NCBI GenBank assembly: GCA_964583965.1 | Contig: CAZOYI010000091.1 | Location: 1 to 59,101 of the forward strand | Direction: 5' to 3' | DNA length: 59,101 nt | Source of the DNA: an uncultured Caldisericota bacterium | Lineage (GTDB): Bacteria > Caldisericota > Caldisericia > UBA6126 | Shown here: positions 1-10,762 of the stretch, piece by piece | How positions within the stretch are numbered: the stretch's first letter is position 1 | Layout of the letters: every line of letters begins with the position of its first letter | Notes under the pieces: generated by a model | What the model was told of the DNA's origin: nothing | What the model saw: the letters and a program-made list of their open reading frames with translations, nothing else | The model's database searches: none | Translations under genes and position numbers: made by a program

Positions 1-1
1 C

Positions 2-208
2 GCTTTTATTTTTATTGGATTTGTACTTTATTTCTCCGCCATATACCAAGGTAAAAGTTCCGCTGCAGCAATCAATTTAACTGTCAAGCAACCCAACAAA
101 TCTGGGAGTGCACTTCTTTTTCCAGCCTTAGTTGAGACTTATGCTCTGCTGGCTTTTGTTGGTGGTTTTTTACTTTTAACATTCATCCAAGGGTCTTCCA
201 TATTTTAA
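2..208 (+). CDS. atpK: A/V-type ATPase proteolipid subunit K, C-terminal fragment (5' end lies outside the window)
   Basis: The frame is open from the window edge and ends at TAA 206-208. The translation ...IYQGKSSAAAINLTVKQPNKSGSALLFPALVETYALLAFVGGFLLL is a helical hairpin carrying the conserved ion-binding Glu (VETYAL). It lies directly upstream of the E-C-F-A-B-D genes. Confidence 0.75.
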   Translation, partial: AFIFIGFVLYFSAIYQGKSSAAAINLTVKQPNKSGSALLFPALVETYALLAFVGGFLLLTFIQGSSIF

Positions 209-209
209 G

Positions 210-785
210 ATGAATATTCAAAAGCTGAAAGAAGTCGTAACAAATCAAGCTAGAAAAGAAGCGAAAGAACGAATTGATCAGACAAAAAAAGACATAGAAA
301 CACAGCTTGAAGCTTTTATGAAGGCATTGTCTGAAGATAGACAAAAACAACTGAAAGAAGTTGAGAGCTCGTATATTGCTTCGCTGCATCAAGCAGAATT
401 CCACGAGGAGTCTCAGTTTAAAAAAAGAATTCTGCACACAAGACATGATCTTCTTCAAAAACTTAAAAGTAAGCTTATGGAAAAATATCTTTCATCCGTT
501 CAAAGTAATCCACTCGTATTCTTCCAGAGAGTTGTACCCAAGTTTCCTTCCTCTGCTGATATCTATTGCAGCAAAGAACTTGCAAAAACAGTATCAGAAA
601 AAGTTATAACCACCATTGGATTGCAAGAACCGGAGTATAAATTCTGTGGAGTAGATCCACTGCTTCAGCCTGGTATATCATGTATCTCGGGTAAGATAAA
701 ATATTTATTCCTTCTAGAAGAAGAAATTGATCATTACTTAGAGCTGCATCAGAAAGAATTTGGAGACCTTATTCTTCATGACTAA
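210..785 (+). CDS. atpE: A/V-type ATPase subunit E (peripheral stalk)
   Basis: 191 aa. The N-terminus is a highly charged coiled coil (QARKEAKERIDQTKKDIETQLEAF) and the C-terminus is globular. ATG 210 starts one nt after the K stop. The position fits the canonical K-E-C-F-A-B-D order. Confidence 0.8.
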   Translation: MNIQKLKEVVTNQARKEAKERIDQTKKDIETQLEAFMKALSEDRQKQLKEVESSYIASLHQAEFHEESQFKKRILHTRHDLLQKLKSKLMEKYLSSVQSNPLVFFQRVVPKFPSSADIYCSKELAKTVSEKVITTIGLQEPEYKFCGVDPLLQPGISCISGKIKYLFLLEEEIDHYLELHQKEFGDLILHD

Positions 786-1629
786 ACCTTCGATCATAAA
801 AAACACTGTTCCTGATTATGAGTACGGGTATCTTTCTGCGTATCTAAAATCAAGAGAGAGCCATTTCCTTTCTTCTGAACTTGTTACTTCTTTATATCGA
901 AGTGTTACTCTTGAAGAAATTTTTAAACATTTGAGTCAAACCCGGTATTCAGAAATTCCTTTTACTTTGGATCCAAAAGACTTTGAGAATTATGCATGGG
1001 GGCATTATTTCTCTGAAATGGAGAACATAAAATCTGTTCTACCTGAAGATTACATCTTGTTTTTTCTTGAGCGTTTACACTCCGTTATTTTTTCTCAGGA
1101 GGAGATATTTTCCTTTTTAGAGAATGAAGATTTTTCGAAGCGCTTGGTGAGTTTTGTAGCATTAGCTAAAAATGGAACAATCTACACCAAAAAATTATCT
1201 TCCTACATTGTGGATCGATTCAATATTTTTGAATCAATTCGTAGAACTATTGAGCCGTCTTTCTCTACACACACCTACTATATGGGTGGAAATGTTTCTG
1301 AAGATTCAATGAACCGTCTTTTTGAAAGTAACTTTGCACAAATTGATATTTCTTGGATACCGACCCAATGGATCGACTATATTGAGAAAGAGAAACCCGT
1401 GAAAGAATATGATTTCACGTTTATGTTTCGATTTGAAACCTATTGGTGGCAACTTATTTGGAAGCTAATCAAAGAACCTTCTTATGATAATACTGGACTA
1501 GACTATGTTATATCGTATTTCGGGCATTTCATATTAGAAATTGAAATGCTAAAAAAATTGTATATTTGTACAAGATATCAACTGCCTTGTACAAATTTAA
1601 AGGAGATCATTATTCATGCAATCGGATAG
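778..1629 (+). CDS. atpC: A/V-type ATPase subunit C (d-type central collar)
   Basis: About 284-aa helical protein with the N-terminal DYEYGYLSAYLKSRESHFLS motif typical of subunit C. ATG 778 follows GGAG (762-765) and overlaps the atpE stop. The ORF-track start at 760 is a TTG and is less likely. Confidence 0.8.
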   Translation: MTKPSIIKNTVPDYEYGYLSAYLKSRESHFLSSELVTSLYRSVTLEEIFKHLSQTRYSEIPFTLDPKDFENYAWGHYFSEMENIKSVLPEDYILFFLERLHSVIFSQEEIFSFLENEDFSKRLVSFVALAKNGTIYTKKLSSYIVDRFNIFESIRRTIEPSFSTHTYYMGGNVSEDSMNRLFESNFAQIDISWIPTQWIDYIEKEKPVKEYDFTFMFRFETYWWQLIWKLIKEPSYDNTGLDYVISYFGHFILEIEMLKKLYICTRYQLPCTNLKEIIIHAIG

Positions 1630-1963
1630 AATCAAAGGATGTGTGATTGGTGAGCGAGATATTGTAAGGATTTTTTCTGCTTTCTCGTTTCATACGATTG
1701 CTGCGAACGATAAAAAACAGTTTAACCAAGAACTTCGACAAGAAATTTTTACAAAAAATTATCGTTTTTTCATCGTAACCGAGACATTTATTCAACAAAT
1801 ATCCCCTGAAAATGAATTATTGATTCAAGAAAATCATGTGATTGTCATATCCATCCCCACGAATACTGGATCCAGAGCAGCAGCAATTCAAAAGCTCTCC
1901 AATATGATTCGAAGAGCAGTGGGAATTGATATTGTTAAAACTGAAGGAGATTCCTATGAGTAA
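1616..1963 (+). CDS. atpF: A/V-type ATPase subunit F
   Basis: 115 aa. The N-terminus IKGCVIGERDIVRIFSAFSF resembles the subunit-F VIGDxDxVxGFxL pattern. AAGGAG lies upstream of ATG 1616. The gene overlaps both atpC and atpA. Confidence 0.8.
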   Translation: MQSDRIKGCVIGERDIVRIFSAFSFHTIAANDKKQFNQELRQEIFTKNYRFFIVTETFIQQISPENELLIQENHVIVISIPTNTGSRAAAIQKLSNMIRRAVGIDIVKTEGDSYE

Positions 1964-3740
1964 TGAAAAACAACAAGGACGAATTGTCAGTATATCTGGC
2001 CCTCTTATTGTAGCTGAAGAGTTACCTCAAGCGCATATGATGGAAGTAGTCCGAATTGGTAATGAAAAACTCTTTGGAGAGATTATTGAGCTTCACAAAA
2101 ATCTGGTATACATACAATGCTATGAAGAGACTACTGGACTACGACCTGGAGAACCAGTTTTATCCTCTGGATACCCACTTTCTGTAACATTAGGTCCTGG
2201 TATCATTGGATCTATTTACGATGGCGTCCAAAGGCCTTTAAATGTCATATATGATGAACATGGGGATTTTATTGCCAGAGGAATCGATGTAGAACCGTTA
2301 AATTATGCAAAAAAATGGAAATTTCATCCTATTATAAAAAAAGGAGATTCTGTTCGCCAGGGACAAAAAATAGGATGGGTAGAAGAAACTCCAACCATCA
2401 AACATTACATCATGATACCACCTGGACTATCGGGCGTGATTGATCACATTCAGGAAGGTACATTTACTGTAAAAGAAGAAGTAGCGATTGTTCGTGAAAA
2501 AAATGATGCAAGCCACTCTATAACCATGCTTCAGATTTGGCCAGTTCGCACTAAACGACCATTTGAAAAACGTATTGTTCCAACACAACCATTGATTACT
2601 GGACAACGTGTAATTGATATGTTCTTTCCCGTTGCTGAAGGTGGAACAGCTTGTGTTCCTGGTCCTTTTGGTTCTGGAAAGACCGTTATTCAACACCAAT
2701 TAGCAAAATGGGCTTCAGCCGATATGATTGTGTATGTTGGTTGCGGGGAAAGGGGAAATGAAATGACAGATGTGTTAATGGAATTTCCTCACTTGAAAGA
2801 TCCCAAAACTGGGCGCTCTTTGATGGAAAGAACAATTTTGATTGCAAATACCTCCAATATGCCCGTCGCTGCTCGCGAAGCTTCAGTATATAGTGGTATC
2901 ACGATAGCAGAGTATTTCCGTGATATGGGATACAATGTAGCCATTATGGCTGACTCTACATCTAGATGGGCAGAAGCTATGCGAGAAATATCAGGAAGAT
3001 TAGAAGAGATGCCTGGTGAAGAAGGCTATCCAGCGTATTTATCCTCCCGTATTGCGGGTTTTTATGAACGTTCTGGAAAGGTTCAAACACTAGGCGGTGA
3101 TCAGGGAAGTCTTTCTGTAATTGGCGCAGTTTCACCTCCAGGAGGTGACTTATCTGAACCTGTTGTTCAATCTACTCTTCGTGTCGTTAAGGTATTTTGG
3201 TCATTGGAAGCATCATTGGCTTATGCGCGTCATTTTCCCGCCATTAATTGGTTGAATAGCTATTCCTTATATTCCAACATTACAGATTCTTATTTTCAAA
3301 AACAAATTAATGAAAAATGGCCCAAATACCGAATTCAGGCCATGAGCTTGCTTCAAAAAGAAAACGAATTGAATGAAATTGTGCGACTAGTAGGAACAGA
3401 TGCCTTGTCTGAAACTGAGAAACTTGTGATGGAAATTGCGAAATCTATACGTGAGGATTTTCTCCATCAGAATGCTTTTGACGACGTAGATACATTCACA
3501 AGTGGTATGAAACAATACTATATGATACAAAATATCATCAAGATGTATGAAGAATCTCTCTCTCAGCTTAAATTGCATAAAACACTCAAGGTGAGTGATA
3601 TCATGAAATTGCCAGTTCGTGCTTCGATTGCCCGAGTGAAATATATCCCGGAAGAAGAACTCCAAAAATGTGATTTAACTTCTCAAATTAAAGAAGCTAT
3701 TGAGCAATTTTCTTCTACCTTGGAGGAATCGAATGATTAA
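1956..3740 (+). CDS. atpA: A/V-type ATPase catalytic subunit A
   Basis: Walker A GPFGSGKT, then GCGERGNEM, then the [27 protein letters not shown] block. About 594 aa. ATG 1956 ([17 protein letters not shown]) follows GGAG. The in-frame upstream start at 1926 in the track is unlikely. Confidence 0.97.
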   Translation: MSNEKQQGRIVSISGPLIVAEELPQAHMMEVVRIGNEKLFGEIIELHKNLVYIQCYEETTGLRPGEPVLSSGYPLSVTLGPGIIGSIYDGVQRPLNVIYDEHGDFIARGIDVEPLNYAKKWKFHPIIKKGDSVRQGQKIGWVEETPTIKHYIMIPPGLSGVIDHIQEGTFTVKEEVAIVREKNDASHSITMLQIWPVRTKRPFEKRIVPTQPLITGQRVIDMFFPVAEGGTACVPGPFGSGKTVIQHQLAKWASADMIVYVGCGERGNEMTDVLMEFPHLKDPKTGRSLMERTILIANTSNMPVAAREASVYSGITIAEYFRDMGYNVAIMADSTSRWAEAMREISGRLEEMPGEEGYPAYLSSRIAGFYERSGKVQTLGGDQGSLSVIGAVSPPGGDLSEPVVQSTLRVVKVFWSLEASLAYARHFPAINWLNSYSLYSNITDSYFQKQINEKWPKYRIQAMSLLQKENELNEIVRLVGTDALSETEKLVMEIAKSIREDFLHQNAFDDVDTFTSGMKQYYMIQNIIKMYEESLSQLKLHKTLKVSDIMKLPVRASIARVKYIPEEELQKCDLTSQIKEAIEQFSSTLEESND

Positions 3741-5109
3741 AGAGTATAGAACTTTATCGGATGTTGCAGGACCTATCATTATTGTGGATGGACTTGAAGG
3801 CTGTAGCTATGGAGAATTGGTTGAAATCTATCTCCCCGACGGTACTATGCGTCATGGCGAAGTATTGAAAGCTGAAGAGCACAAAGCTTTAGTGCAGATG
3901 TTTGAAGGGACACAAAATTTAAACATACAATCTACTCGCATTCGGTTTAGTGGCAAACCATCCGAGATCCATCTATCCCCAGACATCATCGGACGTGTTT
4001 TTAGTGGTTTAGGAAAGCCAATTGATGATGGAGGAGAAATTATCGCACAAGTTACCAGATCTACCATTGGAGAACCGATAAATCCATACGCGCGCGATTA
4101 TCCTTCAGAATTCATTCAAACCGGAATATCTGGTATTGATGGTTTAAATACATTGGTCCGAGGTCAAAAATTACCAATTTTTTCTGGAGCAGGATTACCC
4201 CACAATGAATTAGCTCTACAGATTGCACGGCAAGCAAAAGTATTAAAAAAGAGCGATCAATTTGCCGTTGTCTTTGGTGCAATGGGTGTAACATTTGATG
4301 AATCTAACGAATTTGTAAGTTCTCTTCGAGAAAGCGGAGCGATAGAGCGCTCCGTTATGTTTATTAATTTGGCCAATGACCCAGTTATTGAAAGATTGGC
4401 TGTACCTAAATATGCACTAACTACAGCAGAATATCTTGCCTTTGATTTGGGATATCATGTGCTCGTAATATTAACTGATATGACTAATTATTGCGAAGCA
4501 TTGCGTGAAGTTTCAGCAGCTAGGAAAGAAATACCTGGTCGTAGAGGTTATCCTGGATATATGTATACCGATTTAGCCACTATTTACGAGCGATGTGGGA
4601 GAATAAAGAACAAGAATGGTTCTATTACTATGATGCCTATTCTTTCAATGCCAGATGATGATAAGACTCACCCTATTCCAGATTTAACTGGATATATTAC
4701 TGAAGGCCAGATATTTGTTTCTAGATCTTTGTATGCAAAAGGGTTTTATCCTGCCATTGACGTCCTGCCATCTCTATCACGATTAAAAGACAAAGGAATT
4801 GGTAAGGACAAGACACGCGAAGATCATGCTAATTTAATGAATCAACTATTCGCTGCCTATGCACATGGACGAGAAGTACAAGAATTGGCTGTTATACTCG
4901 GTGAAAGTGCTTTAAGTGACATTGATCAACTCTATATCAAATTTGCTAACGAATTTGAAGAGAGATATGTGAAACAGAACACACGAGAAGATCGAACTAT
5001 CGACGAAACGCTTGATTTAGGTTGGGAGTTATTAAGAATATTACCAGAAACTGAAATGACTCGAATTAGTGATGCATTTATTGAAAAATATTACAAGAAA
5101 AGGCGGTAA
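3733..5109 (+). CDS. atpB: A/V-type ATPase subunit B
   Basis: [18 protein letters not shown] start after GGAGG. Conserved blocks include [28 protein letters not shown] and [32 protein letters not shown]. The start overlaps the atpA stop (ATGATTAA). Confidence 0.97.
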   Translation: MIKEYRTLSDVAGPIIIVDGLEGCSYGELVEIYLPDGTMRHGEVLKAEEHKALVQMFEGTQNLNIQSTRIRFSGKPSEIHLSPDIIGRVFSGLGKPIDDGGEIIAQVTRSTIGEPINPYARDYPSEFIQTGISGIDGLNTLVRGQKLPIFSGAGLPHNELALQIARQAKVLKKSDQFAVVFGAMGVTFDESNEFVSSLRESGAIERSVMFINLANDPVIERLAVPKYALTTAEYLAFDLGYHVLVILTDMTNYCEALREVSAARKEIPGRRGYPGYMYTDLATIYERCGRIKNKNGSITMMPILSMPDDDKTHPIPDLTGYITEGQIFVSRSLYAKGFYPAIDVLPSLSRLKDKGIGKDKTREDHANLMNQLFAAYAHGREVQELAVILGESALSDIDQLYIKFANEFEERYVKQNTREDRTIDETLDLGWELLRILPETEMTRISDAFIEKYYKKRR

Positions 5110-5112
5110 GGT

Positions 5113-5742
5113 GTGGCTCAACGTGTAAGTCCTACTCGTATGAAGCTGTTGGAAACACGAAAAAGGCATAAAACAGCAAAAAGAGGACACAAACTTTTAA
5201 AAGAAAAATTGGAAGCTCTTGCTCGAGAACTTGTTGAATTAGCCAAAGAATTTGAGAAGCAAGAGAAAAAAGTTGGAGATCGACTACCTCAGATTCTAGA
5301 ACAATTTTTAATTCTTCGAACGACAGTAACAGACGAAGAAATGAGAAACATTGTGTCGGATTATCCCGCTGAGTTTTCTCTCACAATGTCACAAAAAAAT
5401 GTGATGAATATTGTGTTACCTGAATTCCATATCCACCATATCCACCCATCCAAACCCGTATTCAGCGAGTGTGGTTTGAATCCCGCTTTTGACATTGTTT
5501 TGCGTGAGTTCGATAGGATTCTAGATGACTTATTGAAATTAGCAGAATTGGAATTTTCAATTTATGAAATTGCTCGTATTGTCGAAATGACAAAACGTCG
5601 TGTAAATGCTTTAGAATATGTTTTGGTTCCAGAACTAGAAACCACCATTAAATATATTACATCCAAGCTTGAAGAAAATGAGCGATCCACTACAATTAGG
5701 TTGATGAAAATTAAAGATATCCTGAGTAAACGTTCATATTAG
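5113..5742 (+). CDS. atpD: A/V-type ATPase subunit D (central stalk)
   Basis: GTG start 3 nt after the atpB stop. 209 aa. The N-terminus PTRMKLLETRKRHKTAKRGHKLLKEKLEAL and the C-terminal RRVNALEYVLVPELE helix are hallmark subunit-D coiled-coil arms. Confidence 0.9.
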   Translation: MAQRVSPTRMKLLETRKRHKTAKRGHKLLKEKLEALARELVELAKEFEKQEKKVGDRLPQILEQFLILRTTVTDEEMRNIVSDYPAEFSLTMSQKNVMNIVLPEFHIHHIHPSKPVFSECGLNPAFDIVLREFDRILDDLLKLAELEFSIYEIARIVEMTKRRVNALEYVLVPELETTIKYITSKLEENERSTTIRLMKIKDILSKRSY

Positions 5743-5780
5743 CACTTCCTTAGTGAGACCTAGCAAGAAGGTGGTTTTTT
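5743..5780 (+). terminator. Probable rho-independent terminator of the V-ATPase operon
   Basis: CACTTCCTT (5743-5751) pairs with AAGAAGGTG (5765-5773) over 9 positions, with one mismatch and one G-U pair. G and a T6 run (5775-5780) follow. The hairpin starts right after the atpD stop. Confidence 0.5.
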
Positions 5781-5784
5781 ACAA

Positions 5785-6579
5785 ATGCGAAATCAAATAA
5801 AGTTGCACACCTATGTTATGCAGTGCAATATTGGATCTAGACGGAAATGCGATGAGTTTATTCGTTATGGGTATATTTATGTAAATGGTCAAATCGTTGT
5901 TAAGCCAGAATATTTAATCAATCCTGAGACTGATATCATTTCTTTTAAAGAAAAAAAAATTCAACCTGATATAACTCTTTACTACTTTTTGTTTTACAAG
6001 CCTCTTAAAACTGTTACAACTACATCAGATCCAGAAAAAAGAAGAACTGTGATGAATTTTTTTCCTCCACATCTCCCTATCTTTCCAGTGGGTCGATTGG
6101 ATTATGATTCTGAAGGTCTTGTAATTATGACGAATGATGGAGAATTATCCCATAAAATCACTCATCCACGACATCATATTCCTAAAACTTACATCGTGAG
6201 AGTTAAAGGTGCACCTGAATTAAAAGTTATTGAACGACTTCGAAAGGGAATTTTCATGGATGGATATCGTTCAAAACCAGCTTATATAAGACTGCTGAAT
6301 AAAAATCGACAATCTGCAGTTTATGAAGTTGTGTTAGAAGAGGGTAAAAACCATCAGATTCGTAATATGTTCCTTTATATGGGACACCCGGTTATTGACT
6401 TAAAAAGAGTAGCTATTGGGACATTAAAAATTGATGCACTCAAACCTGGTCAATACAGAGTCATAACCAAAAAAGAGATTCAACAGCTCTTCCAAAAATC
6501 CCTTTCCGTAAAACAAAGGATTGAGAAAAAAAGATCTATTCGAGAACACAAAAAGGAACTGAAAACCACGAAATTCTAA
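5785..6579 (+). CDS. rluB: RsuA/RluB-family rRNA pseudouridine synthase
   Basis: N-terminal S4 domain (KLHTYVMQCNIGSRRKCDEFIRYGYIYVNGQ). Catalytic motif PVGRLDYDSEGLVIMTNDG. Also KTYIVRV and EGKNHQIRNMF, then a basic C-terminal tail. Confidence 0.88.
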   Translation: MRNQIKLHTYVMQCNIGSRRKCDEFIRYGYIYVNGQIVVKPEYLINPETDIISFKEKKIQPDITLYYFLFYKPLKTVTTTSDPEKRRTVMNFFPPHLPIFPVGRLDYDSEGLVIMTNDGELSHKITHPRHHIPKTYIVRVKGAPELKVIERLRKGIFMDGYRSKPAYIRLLNKNRQSAVYEVVLEEGKNHQIRNMFLYMGHPVIDLKRVAIGTLKIDALKPGQYRVITKKEIQQLFQKSLSVKQRIEKKRSIREHKKELKTTKF

Positions 6580-9500
6580 TTCGAAATTTCCTTGCCTATC
6601 AAATACAAATCTTTCAGATTGATTATGTCATCTTGGAAACAATCAAACAATGGGTTCCATGCAGCATCTTTGCTTGTTCTTCCTAAGTTCTGCTGAAACA
6701 GCAAACGATCTTCTTCGTCAATAACGCCATTTTCATTAAAATCACCCATAAGGAATTGTTCTTTTAGAATTAAAGTCGGATGGATGTACTTTTTAAAAAT
6801 ACTTGACGGATATTGATAGGGTAATACTCCATGAATGATGAAGTCAGGTACATACTCTTTTTTATTTGAAGAGGACCGCAAGAAGAACTGAGCAAATGAA
6901 ATGGGATAAGAAGAAACATCTCTTTGACGATGAAGCAATCGAACTGTGTTGGTTTCTTTTTGGACTTCAATGATTCCTTGTTTTTCATGATAACCAGTTA
7001 TTTCGATCGATGGATCGAATGTAATAAATACATCAAAGAGGCCTTCGTAAGCATTGTGGAGTTTTACTTCAAGCTCGAATATTTCTCCCGTTTGAACCTT
7101 TTTTGGGGTACAAATTTCAAGAAATGGATATGGAGGGAGGTTAGAATTCTGAATTGTAAAAGGCAATGGTTCACTTTCTAAGATTTTTGTGTTGGTTTTT
7201 ACTTTACGATGCGTTTCTTTATCGTTCTCAACAGTCGTGTGATAAATTTCTTCATAATACGGAATAACGATTCTAAAATAATAAGAACCATTGGGTAGGA
7301 AAGGCTGTTTGTAAATATTGTATCCATCCCAAAAATACGTATAACGACCAATCGGAATAGTTTCCCCAAAGTGTACAGTGTGAACTTGGTTCCCAAACTC
7401 ATCATAGATGTGGAAGAAGACCTGTTCAGCATAATTACGAGTTTTATCAATACTGCGCAATATGGATCCATCTTCCTTAACAAATGTTGAACGTATAAAT
7501 GTACCAGAATTTAGTTGGAAAAATAGAAATCCATAATTGTCTTTGTTCATGTGAAACGTATCAATAGATAATTGTACATCCGAAATGGGTGCTTTGATAG
7601 TTTTAGTGCTAGTTGCGGATATTACAAATGGGATGTGAAGCGGGGATGTGGGATCAGGGATGTTCTCATCCGGAAGAATTTCAATCCAGATAACTCCTTC
7701 AATAGAATCAGGAAGATTTTCCTTGTTGGGGTATAACCAACACTGGATAGTTTCAGTGGAGTGTTGATCAACCGTGACGTAAGGTTTGTCAAATACTGCG
7801 ATGTAGCCATCAGTAAATTCTTGATGCGATAAAATTTCTGAAGATAAACGCCCTGAAATCACATGATTGGAAGTATTTTTGATTTCGATTTTAACCGGAA
7901 TATCGGTTTTGTTTGATTTCATCATTATTGAAGGTGGTCTTACGATGAAGGGTGAATCCATTGCAGCTTCAAGATTGATTTGCCCTGCACCTTGGTAGAA
8001 AAAGGAAAAAGCAGCATTTGTAAGGGGGTTCTTTAAAAGGGTGGAAGTATTCATCATTAAAGCTGTTGTTTCGTCAATTGAGAGAGAGGGATATGCATAT
8101 CGAAGAATTGCAGCACATCCAGAAATAACGGGTGTAGCCATGGATGTACCTTGTTTTTTAGCCCACATAGGAGTAGGATCTTCTGGTTTGAAGGTAGGCA
8201 CGGCAGAATAGATGGAAGTTCCCGGTGCTGTAATTTCAGGTTTAAAGTATCCTTCATCACCTGAAAAGCAAGGACCTGCGGAAGTATAAGAGGAAATCAA
8301 TGATGATCTTGTTCCAAAGGAGACATATCCAATTCCATCGATTATTCCTTGAAGCGTTTCTTCCATTTTGGCACTCACCATCATGCAGGGTAAAAAATCA
8401 TATTTGTATGGATCTGCTAGCCCTTCTACCATTAGGGTTGGGCTAAAACTACTATCTTCGTAATTAAATATAATACAAGCTTTTGCACCTGCTTCCTTGG
8501 CGTTTAAATTTTTCTCAAAAAAAGTTATCCCATTGTCTTTAGGACCTCTTTGAATAAATGCAATTTTACCTTTTAAATCAGTTTGATTGCATTCATCTTG
8601 GGATCCAAAACCACAATAAACAATTTCTGAACCATCTAAATCTGATGTAAAGGGAGGTGAAAATCGCGAAGACTGACCGAAATATGTTGTTTGATGAATG
8701 GGCGTATGAATTGTGAAAGGTTGCATTATGCGATCATCAGAAGCAGCAACCTGTAGAATAGAGGAAAAAACTCCTGGTGCATCAATAGGCCATGAATTGA
8801 ATTCGGTTCGGCTTCCTCCATTTCCTGCTGCTGCTACAATCATAACACCGCTCTCCTTCGTAGCTTGAAAGGCATCAAAATATGGGCTATCCTCTAAAAT
8901 AGATGGATTTTCGCCTGGATGACCTAAAGATAGATTAATCACAGAGCATTGATCGCGAACTGCATATTCACATGCAGATATAAGGGTGTAAGAAGGAGCT
9001 CCTCCACTTTGGTTCGAAGGGAATACTTTGTATGCATAAAGAGTTGCATCGGGACATATACCATGCAATGAAATAGAGTTGGGATTGTTAGCTGCTGCAA
9101 TGCCAGCTACATGTGTACCATGTCCACCTGTGAACGGTGAATCGTCAATAGGGTCGGGATCACCCGGTGTTTCCTTCTCAAGGTCTTCTTCAGGAAAATA
9201 ACAATCCCAACCTCCTGCAACTTTTGAGTTATCTGTGGAAAAACCAGTAGGATAAAAATCGGGATGCTGATAATCAATCCCTGAATCTACAATTCCTATT
9301 CGAATATCTGGATTCGGATCAATGAGAGTTTGCCCATATGATCCTAAAGAAGAAATCTCATTTCGTCGTATGGTTTCAATTGTGATGTCACGAACGGGGT
9401 AGAATAATTCTTCATCAAAGAATATGGTATCCACTCGAGGATTTTTGGCTATGTAGGGTATTGTATACCCAGGGACAGATACGGCAAAACCATTAAATAC

Positions 9501-9860
9501 ATATTGCCAGGAACCAAGAAGTATCACGTTATTGGCATTGGGGAGAGAGTCCAGTATTTGCTTTTGATTGTTTTTTAGTTGTGAATAGTAGTGGTTTTCA
9601 TTCCAATTATTTAGTAAATTCTCTGACGGAAGATCATTTTGAGAAAGTTTTTTTTCAACCACCGAAAGACCTTTACATTTTACAATAATTGTAGTGGGTT
9701 TTGATGAAGAGAGTAATTCATCATTAGACGGTGAAACACTGGAGATTTTTTCACTAAAAGAGGGGGAAAATGCCCACAATGCTCCGACTATTTTGTGTGG
9801 AACCAAAAAAACCGTGAAAACTACAGCTATAACAATGATTTTAATAAAAGCGTGTTTCAT
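6576..9860 (-). CDS. Secreted subtilisin-like (S8) serine protease with PA domain, FlgD-Ig-like modules and a cohesin-like plus dockerin-like C-terminus
   Basis: Signal peptide MKHAFIKIIVIAVVFTVFLV. Catalytic triad blocks GIVDSGIDYQHPDF, GHGTHVAGIAAA and GTSMATPVISGCAA. A PA insert (GKIAFIQRGPKDNGITFFEKNLNAKEAGAKACIIFN). The C-terminus has GDFNENGVIDEEDRLLF ... DCFQDDIINLKDLYLI. Confidence 0.92.
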   Translation of the reverse strand: MKHAFIKIIVIAVVFTVFLVPHKIVGALWAFSPSFSEKISSVSPSNDELLSSSKPTTIIVKCKGLSVVEKKLSQNDLPSENLLNNWNENHYYSQLKNNQKQILDSLPNANNVILLGSWQYVFNGFAVSVPGYTIPYIAKNPRVDTIFFDEELFYPVRDITIETIRRNEISSLGSYGQTLIDPNPDIRIGIVDSGIDYQHPDFYPTGFSTDNSKVAGGWDCYFPEEDLEKETPGDPDPIDDSPFTGGHGTHVAGIAAANNPNSISLHGICPDATLYAYKVFPSNQSGGAPSYTLISACEYAVRDQCSVINLSLGHPGENPSILEDSPYFDAFQATKESGVMIVAAAGNGGSRTEFNSWPIDAPGVFSSILQVAASDDRIMQPFTIHTPIHQTTYFGQSSRFSPPFTSDLDGSEIVYCGFGSQDECNQTDLKGKIAFIQRGPKDNGITFFEKNLNAKEAGAKACIIFNYEDSSFSPTLMVEGLADPYKYDFLPCMMVSAKMEETLQGIIDGIGYVSFGTRSSLISSYTSAGPCFSGDEGYFKPEITAPGTSIYSAVPTFKPEDPTPMWAKKQGTSMATPVISGCAAILRYAYPSLSIDETTALMMNTSTLLKNPLTNAAFSFFYQGAGQINLEAAMDSPFIVRPPSIMMKSNKTDIPVKIEIKNTSNHVISGRLSSEILSHQEFTDGYIAVFDKPYVTVDQHSTETIQCWLYPNKENLPDSIEGVIWIEILPDENIPDPTSPLHIPFVISATSTKTIKAPISDVQLSIDTFHMNKDNYGFLFFQLNSGTFIRSTFVKEDGSILRSIDKTRNYAEQVFFHIYDEFGNQVHTVHFGETIPIGRYTYFWDGYNIYKQPFLPNGSYYFRIVIPYYEEIYHTTVENDKETHRKVKTNTKILESEPLPFTIQNSNLPPYPFLEICTPKKVQTGEIFELEVKLHNAYEGLFDVFITFDPSIEITGYHEKQGIIEVQKETNTVRLLHRQRDVSSYPISFAQFFLRSSSNKKEYVPDFIIHGVLPYQYPSSIFKKYIHPTLILKEQFLMGDFNENGVIDEEDRLLFQQNLGRTSKDAAWNPLFDCFQDDIINLKDLYLIGKEISN

Positions 9861-9910
9861 AGTTCACCCCATTCGGTTTATTTTTATCAATTTCAATATA
9901 CAATAGATTT

Positions 9911-10369
9911 ATGAGATTTGAAAAATCTTGCGGCGTTATTATTTATCGTTTTGATAAAAAAAGAATCCTTTATTTGATTGTGCGATATAGCGCATATTCA
10001 CGATATTGGGGTTTAGTAAAGGGCCATGTTGAAGCAGAAGAAACCGAACTACAAACAGCAAAAAGAGAAGTTTATGAAGAAGTTGGTTTTCAAAACATCC
10101 AAATTGCTACTGGTTTTCGAGAAACAATCAGTTACAGCCCTTATCCCGATTGCCTAAAAGATGTTGTATTTTTTTTAGGTACAACTAGCGAAGACAAAGT
10201 ACGTTTTATATCCAAAGAGCACGACAAATCTCTTTGGATACCCAAAGAAGATGCATTTGCACACATCAAACACGGGAATGATCGTTTTGTATTACATCGT
10301 GCTGAATTGTTTATCCAAAATAATTTTTTAGATGGAGGTATACATGGCTACGAAAAACAGCATTTATGA
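9911..10369 (+). CDS. NUDIX hydrolase (Ap4A-hydrolase-like)
   Basis: Complete Nudix box GHVEAEETELQTAKREVYEEVGF (Gx5Ex7REVxEExG). 152 aa. The 3' end overlaps the next gene by about 26 nt. Confidence 0.88.
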   Translation: MRFEKSCGVIIYRFDKKRILYLIVRYSAYSRYWGLVKGHVEAEETELQTAKREVYEEVGFQNIQIATGFRETISYSPYPDCLKDVVFFLGTTSEDKVRFISKEHDKSLWIPKEDAFAHIKHGNDRFVLHRAELFIQNNFLDGGIHGYEKQHL

Positions 10370-10736
10370 ATGTGAAATTTGCGGTAACGTTGTAGAAGTA
10401 CTTCGAAGTGGAGCTGCACCACTAATTTGTTGCGGTAAACCTATGGTTGAAAGAAATCCTCAGACAGAAGACAAAGGAAATGAAAAACATAAACCCGTAG
10501 TAGAGTTTCACCCTGATCACATGCTTGTAAAAATTGGTGAAGTACCCCACCCTATGGAAGAAAAACATCATATTGAATGGATTGAATTCCGAGGGAACAA
10601 TGGTTTTGTTGTTCGAAAAGAAGTCATCGGACAAGAAATCGCTCAAACAACAATTGATATTCCTCCTCAAGAAGGCACTGTATTTGCATTTTGTAATATC
10701 CATGGTTTGTGGAAAACTGACGTAAACCCCGAATAA
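10344..10736 (+). CDS. dfx: Desulfoferrodoxin (2Fe superoxide reductase)
   Basis: N-terminal desulforedoxin-type CxxC...CC site (YECEICGNVV...PLICCGKPM). C-terminal SOR centre with HPMEEKHHIEWIE and FCNIHGLW. ATG 10344 follows GGAGG. Confidence 0.93.
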   Translation: MATKNSIYECEICGNVVEVLRSGAAPLICCGKPMVERNPQTEDKGNEKHKPVVEFHPDHMLVKIGEVPHPMEEKHHIEWIEFRGNNGFVVRKEVIGQEIAQTTIDIPPQEGTVFAFCNIHGLWKTDVNPE

Positions 10737-10762
10737 CATCAGTAATTTTAAAGGAGATTGTT

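Noticed and set aside
760-777. Upstream in-frame starts given by the ORF track for several genes: 760, 1926, 3700, 10332, 17769, 44736, 50889 and 54658.
   Set aside because: In each case a downstream ATG or GTG is preceded by a GGAG/GGAGG Shine-Dalgarno sequence at proper spacing and matches the conserved N-terminus of the family. The 50889 start also lies inside a terminator stem.
5743-5784. Whether GGTGG at 5770-5774 is the rluB ribosome-binding site rather than part of a terminator stem.
   Set aside because: Not fully rejected, since both roles are possible. I kept the terminator call at moderate confidence because of the T6 run, but read-through into rluB cannot be excluded.
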